Shown one piece after another: positions 37,232 to 46,026 of a stretch of 64,000 nt of DNA. Where the stretch lies: assembly GCA_900539595.1 (NCBI GenBank), contig UQCQ01000001.1, positions 172,291 to 236,290 of the forward strand, in the 5' to 3' direction. The notes beneath the pieces were generated by a model, which saw nothing but the letters and a program-made list of their open reading frames with translations, ran no database searches and was not told the DNA's origin. The DNA is from an uncultured Mollicutes bacterium. Its GTDB lineage: Bacteria > Bacillota_I > Bacilli_A > RFN20 > CAG-826. The position numbers were made by a program, and so were the translations under genes. Positions within the stretch are counted from its first letter, which is position 1. Every line of letters begins with the position of its first letter.

Positions 37232-38515
37232 TTATTCCTTGGCAGGCTTTTGGGCCTTTAATTTGGCTAGATTGTTCGACCGCCCCGCTTTCTTTAATTC
37301 CTGATAACGGGCATTTAACGCGCGAATATAGGAAGAAGGCGAATTTGGTTCTTCGATAAAGAATTCCACATCCTTAAAGGGATCGGGCAAATATTGCAAC
37401 TTCGGCCACACGTCCGGACGATCATAGGGATATTGATCCTCTTCCTTCACATTGACGGGGGTGAGTTTTAGATAATCTTGAACCACGAAGGGTTGGGTAG
37501 ATGCGAAATCCATGGCCTTTTTCATGGAATCGTCTCCTACGCGAGAATGGGGGGACAAGCATAGATCTACGACCGCATCGCCAAGAGGAATCGTAGCTTC
37601 AGGGAAACCCACTTGTTCTGCTGCTTGAATGGCTAGTTGGGTTCGCATCACCGCTTGAGGATTGGCTAAGCCGATATCTTCATAAGCTGCTACAAGCAAA
37701 CGTCTTTTAATCGAATCCAAATCCTTGGCCACGCAAAGTCGAGCCAGATAATAAAGGGCAGCATTCACATCACATCCGCGAATCGATTTTTGGAGGGCGG
37801 AAACAGAATCGTAATGTTCCTCATCATCTTTATCCATTGCGTAATTCGGAACGTTTTCAATGACGGCTACATCGTCTTTTGTAATGACATCTTTTCCCGC
37901 GAATTGAACCGATGCTTCTTCCAGCAGGTTTAGGGAGTAACGCATGTCGCCCCCGCAGAGCTTAGCAATGTAGCGTAAGGCATCTTCATCAAAAGAGCAT
38001 TTGCCGTTTAGCCCTTCCGGGATTTGAATGGCTCGTTTTAATCCTTGCACCACTTCATCTTCGCTTAAGGGTTTAACTTCCAATAAGCGGCACCGGCTTC
38101 GAATCGCGCGGTTTAAAGAGATGTAGGGGTTCGCGGTAGTTGCACCAATCAAATAGAAAGTTCCGTTTTCCACAAAGGGCAAAAGGTAATCTTGTTTGGA
38201 CTTATCCAAGCGATGAACTTCGTCCATGATAAGAATGGTCGGTTTCCAAATTTTGGCATCTTCTACCGCCTGCTCCATATCCTTCTTAGAGCAGGTAACG
38301 GCATTCAGGGAAACATAGTGAATTTTCATCGAGCGAGCATAAGCTTCGGCGATGGTTGTTTTTCCAGTTCCAGGAGGCCCAAAGAAGATAAAAGAAAACA
38401 ATGCTTTTTGATCGAGGGACTTCCGTAAAAACGATTCCGGCCCAACAAGGGCGGATTGCCCAACAACATCATCTAACGTTTTCGGGCGAATTCTGAATGC
38501 TAAAGGTTCAAACAT
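37232..38515 (-). CDS. rarA: Replication-associated recombination protein A (RarA/MgsA AAA+ ATPase)
   Basis: FGPPGTGKTTIAEAYA Walker A, ILIMDEVHRL Walker B, a C-terminal MgsA-type domain, and N-terminal RPKTLDDVVGQ. Confidence 0.85.
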   Translation of the reverse strand: MFEPLAFRIRPKTLDDVVGQSALVGPESFLRKSLDQKALFSFIFFGPPGTGKTTIAEAYARSMKIHYVSLNAVTCSKKDMEQAVEDAKIWKPTILIMDEVHRLDKSKQDYLLPFVENGTFYLIGATTANPYISLNRAIRSRCRLLEVKPLSEDEVVQGLKRAIQIPEGLNGKCSFDEDALRYIAKLCGGDMRYSLNLLEEASVQFAGKDVITKDDVAVIENVPNYAMDKDDEEHYDSVSALQKSIRGCDVNAALYYLARLCVAKDLDSIKRRLLVAAYEDIGLANPQAVMRTQLAIQAAEQVGFPEATIPLGDAVVDLCLSPHSRVGDDSMKKAMDFASTQPFVVQDYLKLTPVNVKEEDQYPYDRPDVWPKLQYLPDPFKDVEFFIEEPNSPSSYIRALNARYQELKKAGRSNNLAKLKAQKPAKE

Positions 38516-39280
38516 AAGACAACAAAATTATACCAAATAGGTGCGCTAAAACGAGAAATAGGAGGTAAGGAAAAGAAAACTTGTGCATAAAAGGAATGAT
38601 TTTTTGCGCATGAAAACTAGCGGAAACCCAATGCCTATAGAAAACCAACAATTTACTGTGAATTAGCAAATGTAGGAGCATCAAATTGTGTGTCAAACAA
38701 AAGACGAACATTCACGGCAACCTTGCATAATTGTCGAAATGGATCCGACAAAATATTTTTAAAAACTTACGAGAGGTGTGATACAGAACAATCAGGTGTT
38801 ACTATACTTTTTATAGTGTATTTTTGGAAAGTGGATATTAATAATTTACCTGTTTTTAAAAATTAAAAATTATTTTTTTATTAGGTTTTGTCGAATGTTT
38901 ATATTTAAAAGAAAGCAGATAGTAAATTGATTGAACTATATTTTTTATAGTTTATAATTATTATAAATGGTGGGCTATGTTTTACATGGATGGCCTCTAT
39001 GTGTGGAGGGAAACCGACTAAAATTCTAGAAATGAATTCCCATTTTCTAAAATTGTTTAAAAAGAAAAATCTTTCAGTCAATTTACTTTAAAATTTTTAA
39101 AATTTATGGGGCTGTGTTTTGGAAACTGAAATCGATTTATTTTTAAATAATTACGGGATGGTAAATTGGAAACTGAACAAAAAATCTATCATCGAAAAGG
39201 AAACTATTTTTTAAAAATTTCATCCTGGTGGATTTGTTAAAAAATTCGATAACATCTTAACTATTTAACTCTCATTAGGA

Positions 39281-39302
39281 TATATATCAAAGTATATATC
39301 AA
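39281..39302. promoter_or_regulatory. Direct repeat TATATATCAA x2 immediately upstream of the HxlR-family gene RBS
   Basis: The sequence reads ggaTATATATCAAagTATATATCAAtcaaaaaggctcgaatgaaaggaaactcaacATG. Confidence 0.3.
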
Positions 39303-39333
39303 TCAAAAAGGCTCGAATGAAAGGAAACTCAAC

Positions 39334-39720
39334 ATGGAAAAAAGAATGACGTATGAGGAATTTACCTATCGTATTGGTGAACCCATCACTGACGAGTACG
39401 GAAAAAGCCCAATTATGCCCGTTTTTGAACTCCTACAAGGGAAATGGAAGATGCAAACCCTTTACGCCATGATGTGTTTGACCGAAGCTCGATTTGGTCA
39501 AATCCAATCTTTCTGCGATGGGATTACCCCTGCGGCTTTGTCTTCAACGTTAAAAGATTTGGAGAATTTAGGATTCGTTAAAAAAGACGTTTCCGGACCT
39601 CGGGAAACATCTTATCGTTTAACGGATCAAGGTGAAGATTTAATGCCCGCCTTTTATGAATTAATGAACTGGGGTTTCTACTACAAGCCTAAAGATAAAA
39701 GAAAGAAAAAATCCAAATAG
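39334..39720 (+). CDS. HxlR-family (DUF24) winged-helix transcriptional regulator
   Basis: PVFELLQGKWKMQTLYAM is the hallmark HxlR N-terminal helix. 128 aa. Confidence 0.7.
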   Translation: MEKRMTYEEFTYRIGEPITDEYGKSPIMPVFELLQGKWKMQTLYAMMCLTEARFGQIQSFCDGITPAALSSTLKDLENLGFVKKDVSGPRETSYRLTDQGEDLMPAFYELMNWGFYYKPKDKRKKKSK

Positions 39721-39723
39721 AAA

Positions 39724-40503
39724 TCATTCAGTTTCCATTTTCTTGCGTTCACTTGGGAAGGTATATTGTCCGTGAGAGTTAGTCGCTTTTCCATTCCCAT
39801 AATAGATTGCATGTTTAGGACAACGATGAAGGCAGCCTAAACACATGACGCAAAACTCCGCTATCCAAACCGGCTTTTTATCTTTAATTTCAATGGCCTG
39901 AACCGGACAATTCTTTGCACATATACCACAGCCAATGCAACTATTGCTTACCGAAAGATTGCGTGTTTTTCTAACCTTGTTGTCATAAGTATTTTGATAA
40001 TGATCTGAGACAAATCTTGGGGTGGTTAAACCCATGTGATTCCCTATAATTTGTTTTTTTAATTGACACTGTAATTTTTGAATTTCTTTATCCGATTTTA
40101 AAAGTTTCTTATCGACTTTTTTCTTGTTGGATACATCAAATATCACAGTCCAAGTGTCCGGCATTTTAATATCAAAACAAGCATCTAAAGAAAGACCCTT
40201 ATTCTTTAATAAATCCTTGGCAATGGAGCCAGAACTTCCAGGAGTCGTCCCGCACGTAGCAACGTAAAAACAATAGGGTTTTCCCTTATATTTAAAATGC
40301 GCTTTTTCTAGAAAGTCTTTTACAATGCTGGGCAATCCCCAAAAGTACGTAGGGGAAAGAATACCAACCCTATTATCCATTACGTCAAAATCAAACGTTC
40401 CCTTTTTGATTGCATCAGGAATAAAAACGACGGATTCCCCATTTGTTTTAATTTCCTCAACAACGTGCTCGGTATTGCCGGTGGCAGAAAAATAGAAAAG
40501 CAT
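39724..40503 (-). CDS. Flavodoxin-like domain fused to a 2x[4Fe-4S] ferredoxin domain
   Basis: N-terminus MLFYFSATGNTEHV (flavodoxin). CIGCGICAKNCP and CVMCLGCLHRCP are 4Fe-4S motifs. Confidence 0.65.
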   Translation of the reverse strand: MLFYFSATGNTEHVVEEIKTNGESVVFIPDAIKKGTFDFDVMDNRVGILSPTYFWGLPSIVKDFLEKAHFKYKGKPYCFYVATCGTTPGSSGSIAKDLLKNKGLSLDACFDIKMPDTWTVIFDVSNKKKVDKKLLKSDKEIQKLQCQLKKQIIGNHMGLTTPRFVSDHYQNTYDNKVRKTRNLSVSNSCIGCGICAKNCPVQAIEIKDKKPVWIAEFCVMCLGCLHRCPKHAIYYGNGKATNSHGQYTFPSERKKMETE

Positions 40504-40515
40504 TTTATTTGCCCA

Positions 40516-41871
40516 TCAATGTTCTTGAATCAAAAAAGACAAATAATAAGGCAACGACAATTTATCGTCCTGCGTTCCAACATTACCCGAATAAAGTTTA
40601 ATCATTTGATTTACATGATATTTGGGATTACTCAAAACTTCATTGGCGGCCTTTGTTTTTCCGTTTCTAGCCTTTACTTCAATTAACGTAGCTTGACCTT
40701 GGTAACGGGTAACAAAATCAATCTCTAATCCCGTTGTCTTCCGGAAATAATAGAGTTTGCGCCCGTTTTTAGTAAAAGCGTCTGCCACCATCTCTTCGTA
40801 CAATGCACCTTTGTAGATCCCTAAATTGTCGTTAATAATATCGCTTGCCGTCCCTTCTTCGAGTTGAGATACAAAGAGCCCAACATCCGAAAAATAGATT
40901 TTAAATTCGTTCGGTATTGCGGATCCATTTAACGGTAGGTCAAAGCTCGCCAAATTAAAACAAGGGACGAGAAGTCCGTAATCAACAAGCCATTGCAAAG
41001 CTTCGGAGTATCGATCCGATTTTGCATTTTTGTCCACGTTACTAAACTGGAATTTTTTATAATCTTTCGCCAATTGAATGGGTAACGAATCCATGATTTG
41101 ATTCAGTTTAATGAGCAGGGGTTTATCCGTTCGTTCCTGCCCTGTTTCGGAGATAAATTTTCCAAAATCACTTCGATAGCTCTCCATAAGATTTCTTTGC
41201 TTTTCGCGTGTAACCGCATAATCCCCGCTTTTTAGGAAAAGATCTACGACTTCTGGCATTCCTCCCACAACCAAATATTCACGGTAATAACCTAATAATG
41301 CCGTGTGAATAGCCAAAGGAATTGATGTCCGGTTCTCATAGGACTTCTGGAGCAAATTTAAAATGGTCTCATTCACTCCTTTTGCCCAAAGGAATTCCTC
41401 AAAATCCATGGATGTCATCGTAAGAATGCTTTCTTGCCCCACAGATGGTCCTTGCCCAGGTGTACGGTTATATCCTTTGATCCCCAATAAAGAACCAGTG
41501 GCCAAAACATCGTATCTTTGATCCAAAACAAAACTTCGTAAGCTAGAACGGGCATTCGGGCATTCTTGAATCTCATCCATGATAAGAAGGGTTTTCCCAG
41601 GAACCAAATGGAAGGGAGGCAAATATAAAGACAAAGCCGTCATAATAGAATCGACGCGTAAATCCTCAAGAAAAGCGTTCTTGATTTCAGGTTGCATCTT
41701 AAAATTCATATAAACGACGTTTTCGTAGTTTTCTTCGCCGAATTGTTTGGCAATATAAGTTTTGCCCACTTGCCTTAAGCCTTTGATAATCAAAGCCTCG
41801 TGATTTTTTCCAGCGATTTTAGAATTCTTCCAACGAAGAAGTTCCGACATAATCTTTCTTTTGAATCCCAT
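40516..41871 (-). CDS. AAA+ ATPase of the DUF4143/AAA_14 family (paralog of 1023-2261)
   Basis: Walker A ALIIKGLRQVGKTYIAKQF and Walker B LLIMDEIQ. Same architecture as the ATPase at the window start. Confidence 0.7.
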   Translation of the reverse strand: MGFKRKIMSELLRWKNSKIAGKNHEALIIKGLRQVGKTYIAKQFGEENYENVVYMNFKMQPEIKNAFLEDLRVDSIMTALSLYLPPFHLVPGKTLLIMDEIQECPNARSSLRSFVLDQRYDVLATGSLLGIKGYNRTPGQGPSVGQESILTMTSMDFEEFLWAKGVNETILNLLQKSYENRTSIPLAIHTALLGYYREYLVVGGMPEVVDLFLKSGDYAVTREKQRNLMESYRSDFGKFISETGQERTDKPLLIKLNQIMDSLPIQLAKDYKKFQFSNVDKNAKSDRYSEALQWLVDYGLLVPCFNLASFDLPLNGSAIPNEFKIYFSDVGLFVSQLEEGTASDIINDNLGIYKGALYEEMVADAFTKNGRKLYYFRKTTGLEIDFVTRYQGQATLIEVKARNGKTKAANEVLSNPKYHVNQMIKLYSGNVGTQDDKLSLPYYLSFLIQEH

Positions 41872-41905
41872 AACACCAGTCCCTCCAGAATAAGAATAAT
41901 TCTTT

Positions 41906-41968
41906 TTGCCAATTTATTCACCGTATTTTTTGGCATTTTGCCAATTTATTCACCGTATTTTTTGGCAT
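41906..41968. repeat. Tandem duplication of a 31-bp unit (period 32 bp)
   Basis: ttgccaatttattcaccgtattttttggcat occurs at 41906-41936 and again at 41938-41968, between the ATPase start and tRNA-Thr. Confidence 0.7.
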
Positions 41969-42034
41969 ACTTGCAAAAATCGAAAACAGAAAAACAAAAA
42001 ACCACCGAATTTCTTCGGTGGATAGATACATGAT

Positions 42035-42110
42035 TGGTGCCGCGAACCGGAATCGAACCAGCAACCTACTGATTACAAATCAGTTGCTCTGCCAATTGAG
42101 CTATCGCGGC
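42035..42110 (-). tRNA. tRNA-Thr (anticodon TGT)
   Basis: Reverse complement GCCGCGA-TA-GCTC-AATTGGCA-GAGC-A-ACTGA-TTTGTAA-TCAGT-AGGTT-GCTGG-TTCGATT-CCGGT-TCGCGGC-A-CCA. Confidence 0.8.
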
Positions 42111-42119
42111 AAGCGAAGC

Positions 42120-42194
42120 TGGTGGGTGTTGGGGGGATCGAACCCTCGACCTCTTCCGTGTGAAGGAAGCGCTCTCCCTCTGAGCTAAACACCC
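42120..42194 (-). tRNA. tRNA-Val (anticodon CAC)
   Basis: The reverse complement has acceptor GGGTGTT/AACACCC, anticodon arm CTTCC-TTCACAC-GGAAG and T-loop TTCGATC, with CCA encoded. There is one A:C mismatch in the T-stem. Confidence 0.7.
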
Positions 42195-42245
42195 AAGAAA
42201 CAAAATAACCCCGGACCGTGAAGCGATCCGGGGCTTTCTTCTAAA

Positions 42246-42322
42246 TGGTGGGCCTTAATGGGCTCGAACCATCGACCTTGCGCTTATCAAGCGCACGCTC
42301 TAACCAACTGAGCTAAAGGCCC
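42246..42322 (-). tRNA. tRNA-Ile (anticodon GAT)
   Basis: The reverse complement has acceptor GGGCCTT/AAGGCCC, D-arm GCTC-AGTTGGTTA-GAGC, anticodon arm TGCGC-TTGATAA-GCGCA and T-arm GATGG-TTCGAGC-CCATT, with CCA encoded. Confidence 0.8.
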
Positions 42323-42524
42323 ACACCACGCCCGAAAGCGCTTCAATATAATAGGACAACGCTAGGCACTAGGCAAGCATAATTTTTCAACTTTCACAGA
42401 TTTTGCAAAAACCATTTCTCACGACCGTGTAATCGATAAAATTAAGCCAATTTTCGGATGTTATCGGCCTCTTGGCTTTCTTATTCAAAACGAATTACAT
42501 TGGCATATTGATGACATCTTACGC

Positions 42525-42998
42525 CTAGCGTTTCGTGTACATCTCTTTGATTTCTTTCAGTATTTGTTCCTTTGTTTTGCCGACTAGCCCCAATTGTTTC
42601 ATATCAACGCTTTCGTTTTGCATCCTTTGCACAAATTCCTGAATGTCAGCGTAAACGCTCGAAGGAACCGTTATTTTATTCGTTGGATCAACCAATTCGG
42701 TTAAACGGAAAACATCGTTTTTGTGTTTCTTGATATTTTTGTCATCTATGTGTTGTCCCAAGACTTTGTGTTTTGTTAAATCCAACCACGCTTTTGCCTT
42801 AAATGGAATCAAATAGTCCGCGGCAAGAACCGTTATTCCATCCAACGTCACTTTTCCTTCTTTCAAAAACTCATAATAATCGTCATCCAACAAAATGGCG
42901 GATAAACTCGAAATATCCTCATCCATGGGCAAGGGCGTTAATATTGCATCCTTCGGAAGCTGAATGGCATCCAATTTGCGAGTGAACAATTCGATCAT
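42525..42998 (-). CDS. Hypothetical 157-aa protein translationally coupled (ATGA overlap) to the upstream minimal nucleotidyltransferase; a candidate TA partner
   Basis: Start/stop overlap CCATGATCG at 42995-42998. No Rx4-6H motif was found. Confidence 0.45.
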   Translation of the reverse strand: MIELFTRKLDAIQLPKDAILTPLPMDEDISSLSAILLDDDYYEFLKEGKVTLDGITVLAADYLIPFKAKAWLDLTKHKVLGQHIDDKNIKKHKNDVFRLTELVDPTNKITVPSSVYADIQEFVQRMQNESVDMKQLGLVGKTKEQILKEIKEMYTKR

Positions 42999-43294
42999 GG
43001 CTGGATATCGATTCGAAATGGGACGACTAAATCGATAAAACTGCGGGGCCCCGTACTTTTATTGCAATGTTCGTATCCTGCTTGTTTGATGTAATCCCAA
43101 AACTTCCTTCCGAAATTCACATCCACCGCTTCTATAATCAAAACAAGATCAATATCCTTGGTCGCGCGAAAGTCCAGCCCTTCCTTTGCCATCAAGATAT
43201 CGCATGCCGTTCCGCCGATGATGACATATTGTCCTTCGCAACCCCGAAACCATTTTTTAAAAGTCAATTCCTGCAACCATCTATTTCCTTCCAC
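42995..43294 (-). CDS. Minimal nucleotidyltransferase (MNT / Pol-beta superfamily), 99 aa
   Basis: VIIGGTACDILMAKEGLDFRATKDIDLVLI has the G[GS]x...DxD nucleotidyltransferase signature. Confidence 0.55.
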   Translation of the reverse strand: MEGNRWLQELTFKKWFRGCEGQYVIIGGTACDILMAKEGLDFRATKDIDLVLIIEAVDVNFGRKFWDYIKQAGYEHCNKSTGPRSFIDLVVPFRIDIQP

Positions 43295-44223
43295 AGCTCG
43301 CTTAGCATTTCTTCTACCGCATCTTCTACGCGTTCATCGGTGTTTTCCCTCAATGCCAGCGCCAGTGAAAGCCTATCCACACGATTCTGCTTAGCTAACT
43401 TCCAAGGGCTGTATCGCCACATTTCCACAGCAACCTGTGTCCGAGAATCCAGCAACCTTTCCGTCATTACGCCTTGCCACTGAGAGATTTTTTCCGTTGC
43501 ATAACATTTAACACCCGGAGCATTTAACATGGAATACCCCGCCAAGGCCGAACATCCACTTTCCAATAAATTAGTAGATACGCATTCCTTTGGAACATAG
43601 ACCGTACGCTTGATGGGGTTCAACAAAGTATCTTTTGCTTTTTGGAATAATTCTTCGGGGGAATTTTCTGCTGTCAGAATCCTTTGAACCCCCATTTTCC
43701 TTATCTGCAGCAATCCAAATTCCTCAAGTTGTTTGGAAGCTCTTGATATGGAAGTTGGGGTCCATTCCAAATCTTTCGTGGCTTGGCTGGTAGTTAGTTC
43801 TTTTGCCCCGTTATAAATGAAATGTAATAGCAGAACTTGGGCCGACGGAAGAATTGCGTCTCTTTTTTGTATCTCTGCGGTGCCTCGTTCTTGCAAGTAC
43901 ATCGCCATAAAAGGCAAATAAACCTGTTTTTCTTCTACAATAAAAGGAATTCTATCGCGAATTAAATATTCCTTGTGACGGAAACTAAGTCCCCGTAGTA
44001 CCAACACAATAGGCAAATTCACGTTTTCTTGAATTCGAGCAATATGTTTTTTCAAAGCGTCCACTTGCTCTAGTTCAGTCTTAGGGTAAAGAAAAATTGC
44101 CTTTTGTTTATCGATAAATACAGGTTGCACGCGATACCTTGAGACAATAAAGTTGGGTAAATGTTCGATCTTTACGTTGCTATAAGTGACCTTGATTCCG
44201 AGAACTTTGTTGAGATAATCCAT
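43264..44223 (-). CDS. Hypothetical 319-aa protein with a central winged-HTH-like segment; first gene of the NTase module
   Basis: Overlaps the NTase gene by 31 bp. ...LTTSQATKDLEWTPTSISRASKQLEEFGLLQ is wHTH-like. The family is unassigned. Confidence 0.4.
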   Translation of the reverse strand: MDYLNKVLGIKVTYSNVKIEHLPNFIVSRYRVQPVFIDKQKAIFLYPKTELEQVDALKKHIARIQENVNLPIVLVLRGLSFRHKEYLIRDRIPFIVEEKQVYLPFMAMYLQERGTAEIQKRDAILPSAQVLLLHFIYNGAKELTTSQATKDLEWTPTSISRASKQLEEFGLLQIRKMGVQRILTAENSPEELFQKAKDTLLNPIKRTVYVPKECVSTNLLESGCSALAGYSMLNAPGVKCYATEKISQWQGVMTERLLDSRTQVAVEMWRYSPWKLAKQNRVDRLSLALALRENTDERVEDAVEEMLSELWKEIDGCRN

Positions 44224-44346
44224 GCGAGCACCTTTATTCTTAACTCTTTTTATGTATTTTAACTTTTTTAGGTTAAGATACAGTATTTATGTAAAGATAA
44301 GTAAGAAACCGCTAATCAAAACTGTTCTTCAAGGAAATAACGAAAT

Positions 44347-44378
44347 AAAAAACTCCGGAACCTGAATTCCGGAGTTTT
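44347..44378 (-). terminator. Rho-independent terminator downstream of rpsI (bidirectional hairpin)
   Basis: AAAACTCCGGAA-CCTGAA-TTCCGGAGTTTT forms a perfect 12-bp stem flanked by A and T runs. Confidence 0.6.
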
Positions 44379-44406
44379 GAAGCAATTGAATTGGAATTTC
44401 GAGCGA

Positions 44407-44796
44407 TTAACGCTTGGAGAATTGCGGAGCGCGACGAGCGGCTTTGAGACCGTATTTCTTACGTTCCTTAACGCGAGCGTTACGGGTCAACATTCCAGCC
44501 TTCTTGAGGGTGGAACGATCTTCGTGGGCTTCGAGCAACGCACGGGCGATGCCAAGACGGATCGCTTCGGCTTGTCCAGTGAAGCCGCCGCCTTCAACGA
44601 AGGAGACGACATCGTACTTGTCTTCAGCACCAAGAAGGGCAAGGGGCTGCTTCAAGTTCTGGATGAGGGTGGCATAGGGGAAGTATTCCTTCACTTCGCG
44701 GCCATTGACCGTGATTTTGCCGCTGCCAGCAACAACGTAGACGCGGGCGACCGAGGATTTACGGCGGCCAGTTCCATAATATTTTTCGTTAGCCAT
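44407..44796 (-). CDS. rpsI: 30S ribosomal protein S9
   Basis: [12 protein letters not shown] and the C-terminal RRAPQFSKR are universally conserved S9 motifs. Confidence 0.9.
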   Translation of the reverse strand: MANEKYYGTGRRKSSVARVYVVAGSGKITVNGREVKEYFPYATLIQNLKQPLALLGAEDKYDVVSFVEGGGFTGQAEAIRLGIARALLEAHEDRSTLKKAGMLTRNARVKERKKYGLKAARRAPQFSKR

Positions 44797-44807
44797 GGGT
44801 TATCTCC

Positions 44808-45251
44808 TTATTTGCTAAGGTCGAGAACGACCGGTTTTTGAGCGGATTGCTCGTGCTTGTCGTCAGCATAGACGTGAAGCTTCTTGATTATCTGACGGCC
44901 AAGAGGTCCTTTCGGAAGCATGCCCCAAACGGCACGTTCCATCATTTCGACCGGGTATTCCTTGAGCATGACGCCGGAGGAACGGGTGCGGAGACCACCG
45001 TTGTATCCAGAAACGTTGTAGTAGTTTTTCTTGGATTGCGGATGGTTGCCGGTGAGTTTCACTTTCGAGGCATTGATGATGATGACGTTGTCACCGCAAT
45101 CAAGGGTCGGAGTGTAGGTGGGCTTGTTCTTGCCCATGAGGATGACCGCGACTTTGGAAGCCAAGCGGCCGAGAGGGATGTTGGTAGCATCAACGACGTA
45201 CCAATCGTGTTGGACAGTCGAAGCTTTCGCCAACGTGGTTTGACGCTGCAT
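44808..45251 (-). CDS. rplM: 50S ribosomal protein L13
   Basis: MQRQTTLAKASTVQHDWYVVDATN...VAVILMGKNKPTYTP is typical L13. It lies immediately upstream of rpsI. Confidence 0.9.
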   Translation of the reverse strand: MQRQTTLAKASTVQHDWYVVDATNIPLGRLASKVAVILMGKNKPTYTPTLDCGDNVIIINASKVKLTGNHPQSKKNYYNVSGYNGGLRTRSSGVMLKEYPVEMMERAVWGMLPKGPLGRQIIKKLHVYADDKHEQSAQKPVVLDLSK

Positions 45252-45369
45252 AGTAATTTCCTTTCTGATAATTGATAGACAGAGTTTCTTTTGAAACGCC
45301 GTGTTGTATTATCCTTAGCATACCCCCCAATGTCAAAGAAATTTCAAGACTTTCATTTTCTTTTAGACA

Positions 45370-45981
45370 ATGTTTTCTTATAATTGTTGCGTGAAAGAAA
45401 AGAAAATTCAAAAATTACTCGATTTTGCCGAACTAAATGATGGATACGTTTCTGTGGCAGAAGCCAGGGAAAAAGGCATTGCTCAGACCTATTTATGCAT
45501 GGCAGAGGAAGAAGGGATCTTCAAAAAAGTCTGCAAAGGGCTCTATGTGAAAAAAGGGTATGAGGTAGATCCCTTCACCATTCTTCATTTCCGATACCGC
45601 AAAGCCGTATTCGCTTCTCGAAGCGCTTTATTTCTCCATGGCATCCTGAAGGAACAGCCCAAGGAATTAGAAGTCTATCTCCCAAGAAACTACATGACTT
45701 CCGGTATCGAAGGATCACGTTCCTATCACGTATCAGGAGACGATTTCCTTTTAGGCCTTGGCCTTGCCGTTTCTCCTCACGGTCCTCTTGTTCCTACTTA
45801 TGACAAGGAACGAGCCTTTCTAGATGTATTACGTCATTACAATCGATACGAGGACGAAGAATACCGTTCCATCCTATCTCAAGCAAAAAGCTACGACTTA
45901 GACCACGAAAAACTATTAAGGTACGCGGACGCGTTTCACGTGCGCGAGGCCGTAGAAATGGCTTTAAAAGGAATTTGGTAA
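45370..45981 (+). CDS. AbiEi-like (type IV TA antitoxin / transcriptional regulator N-terminal domain) protein; no cognate AbiEii adjacent
   Basis: LLDFAELNDGYVSVAEAREKGIAQTYLCMAEEEGIFKKVCKGLYV matches the AbiEi_4 N-terminal domain pattern. It sits on the opposite strand between rplM and yebC. Confidence 0.5.
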   Translation: MFSYNCCVKEKKIQKLLDFAELNDGYVSVAEAREKGIAQTYLCMAEEEGIFKKVCKGLYVKKGYEVDPFTILHFRYRKAVFASRSALFLHGILKEQPKELEVYLPRNYMTSGIEGSRSYHVSGDDFLLGLGLAVSPHGPLVPTYDKERAFLDVLRHYNRYEDEEYRSILSQAKSYDLDHEKLLRYADAFHVREAVEMALKGIW

Positions 45982-46026
45982 GAAAAAAGGGCCCACGAAG
46001 GAGCCCTGAATCGTCTTGTTTTAGGA

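Noticed and set aside
42995-42998. Frameshift joining the 99-aa NTase and 157-aa ORF into one AbiEii
   Set aside because: The junction is a clean ATGA stop/start overlap, typical of translational coupling, with no homopolymer or slippery sequence. Kept as two genes, with the single-gene alternative left as something to verify.
45982-46026. Hairpin GGGCCCACGAAGGAGCCC between the AbiEi-like gene and yebC as a bidirectional terminator
   Set aside because: The stem is only 4-5 bp with a mismatch. Too weak to call with confidence.
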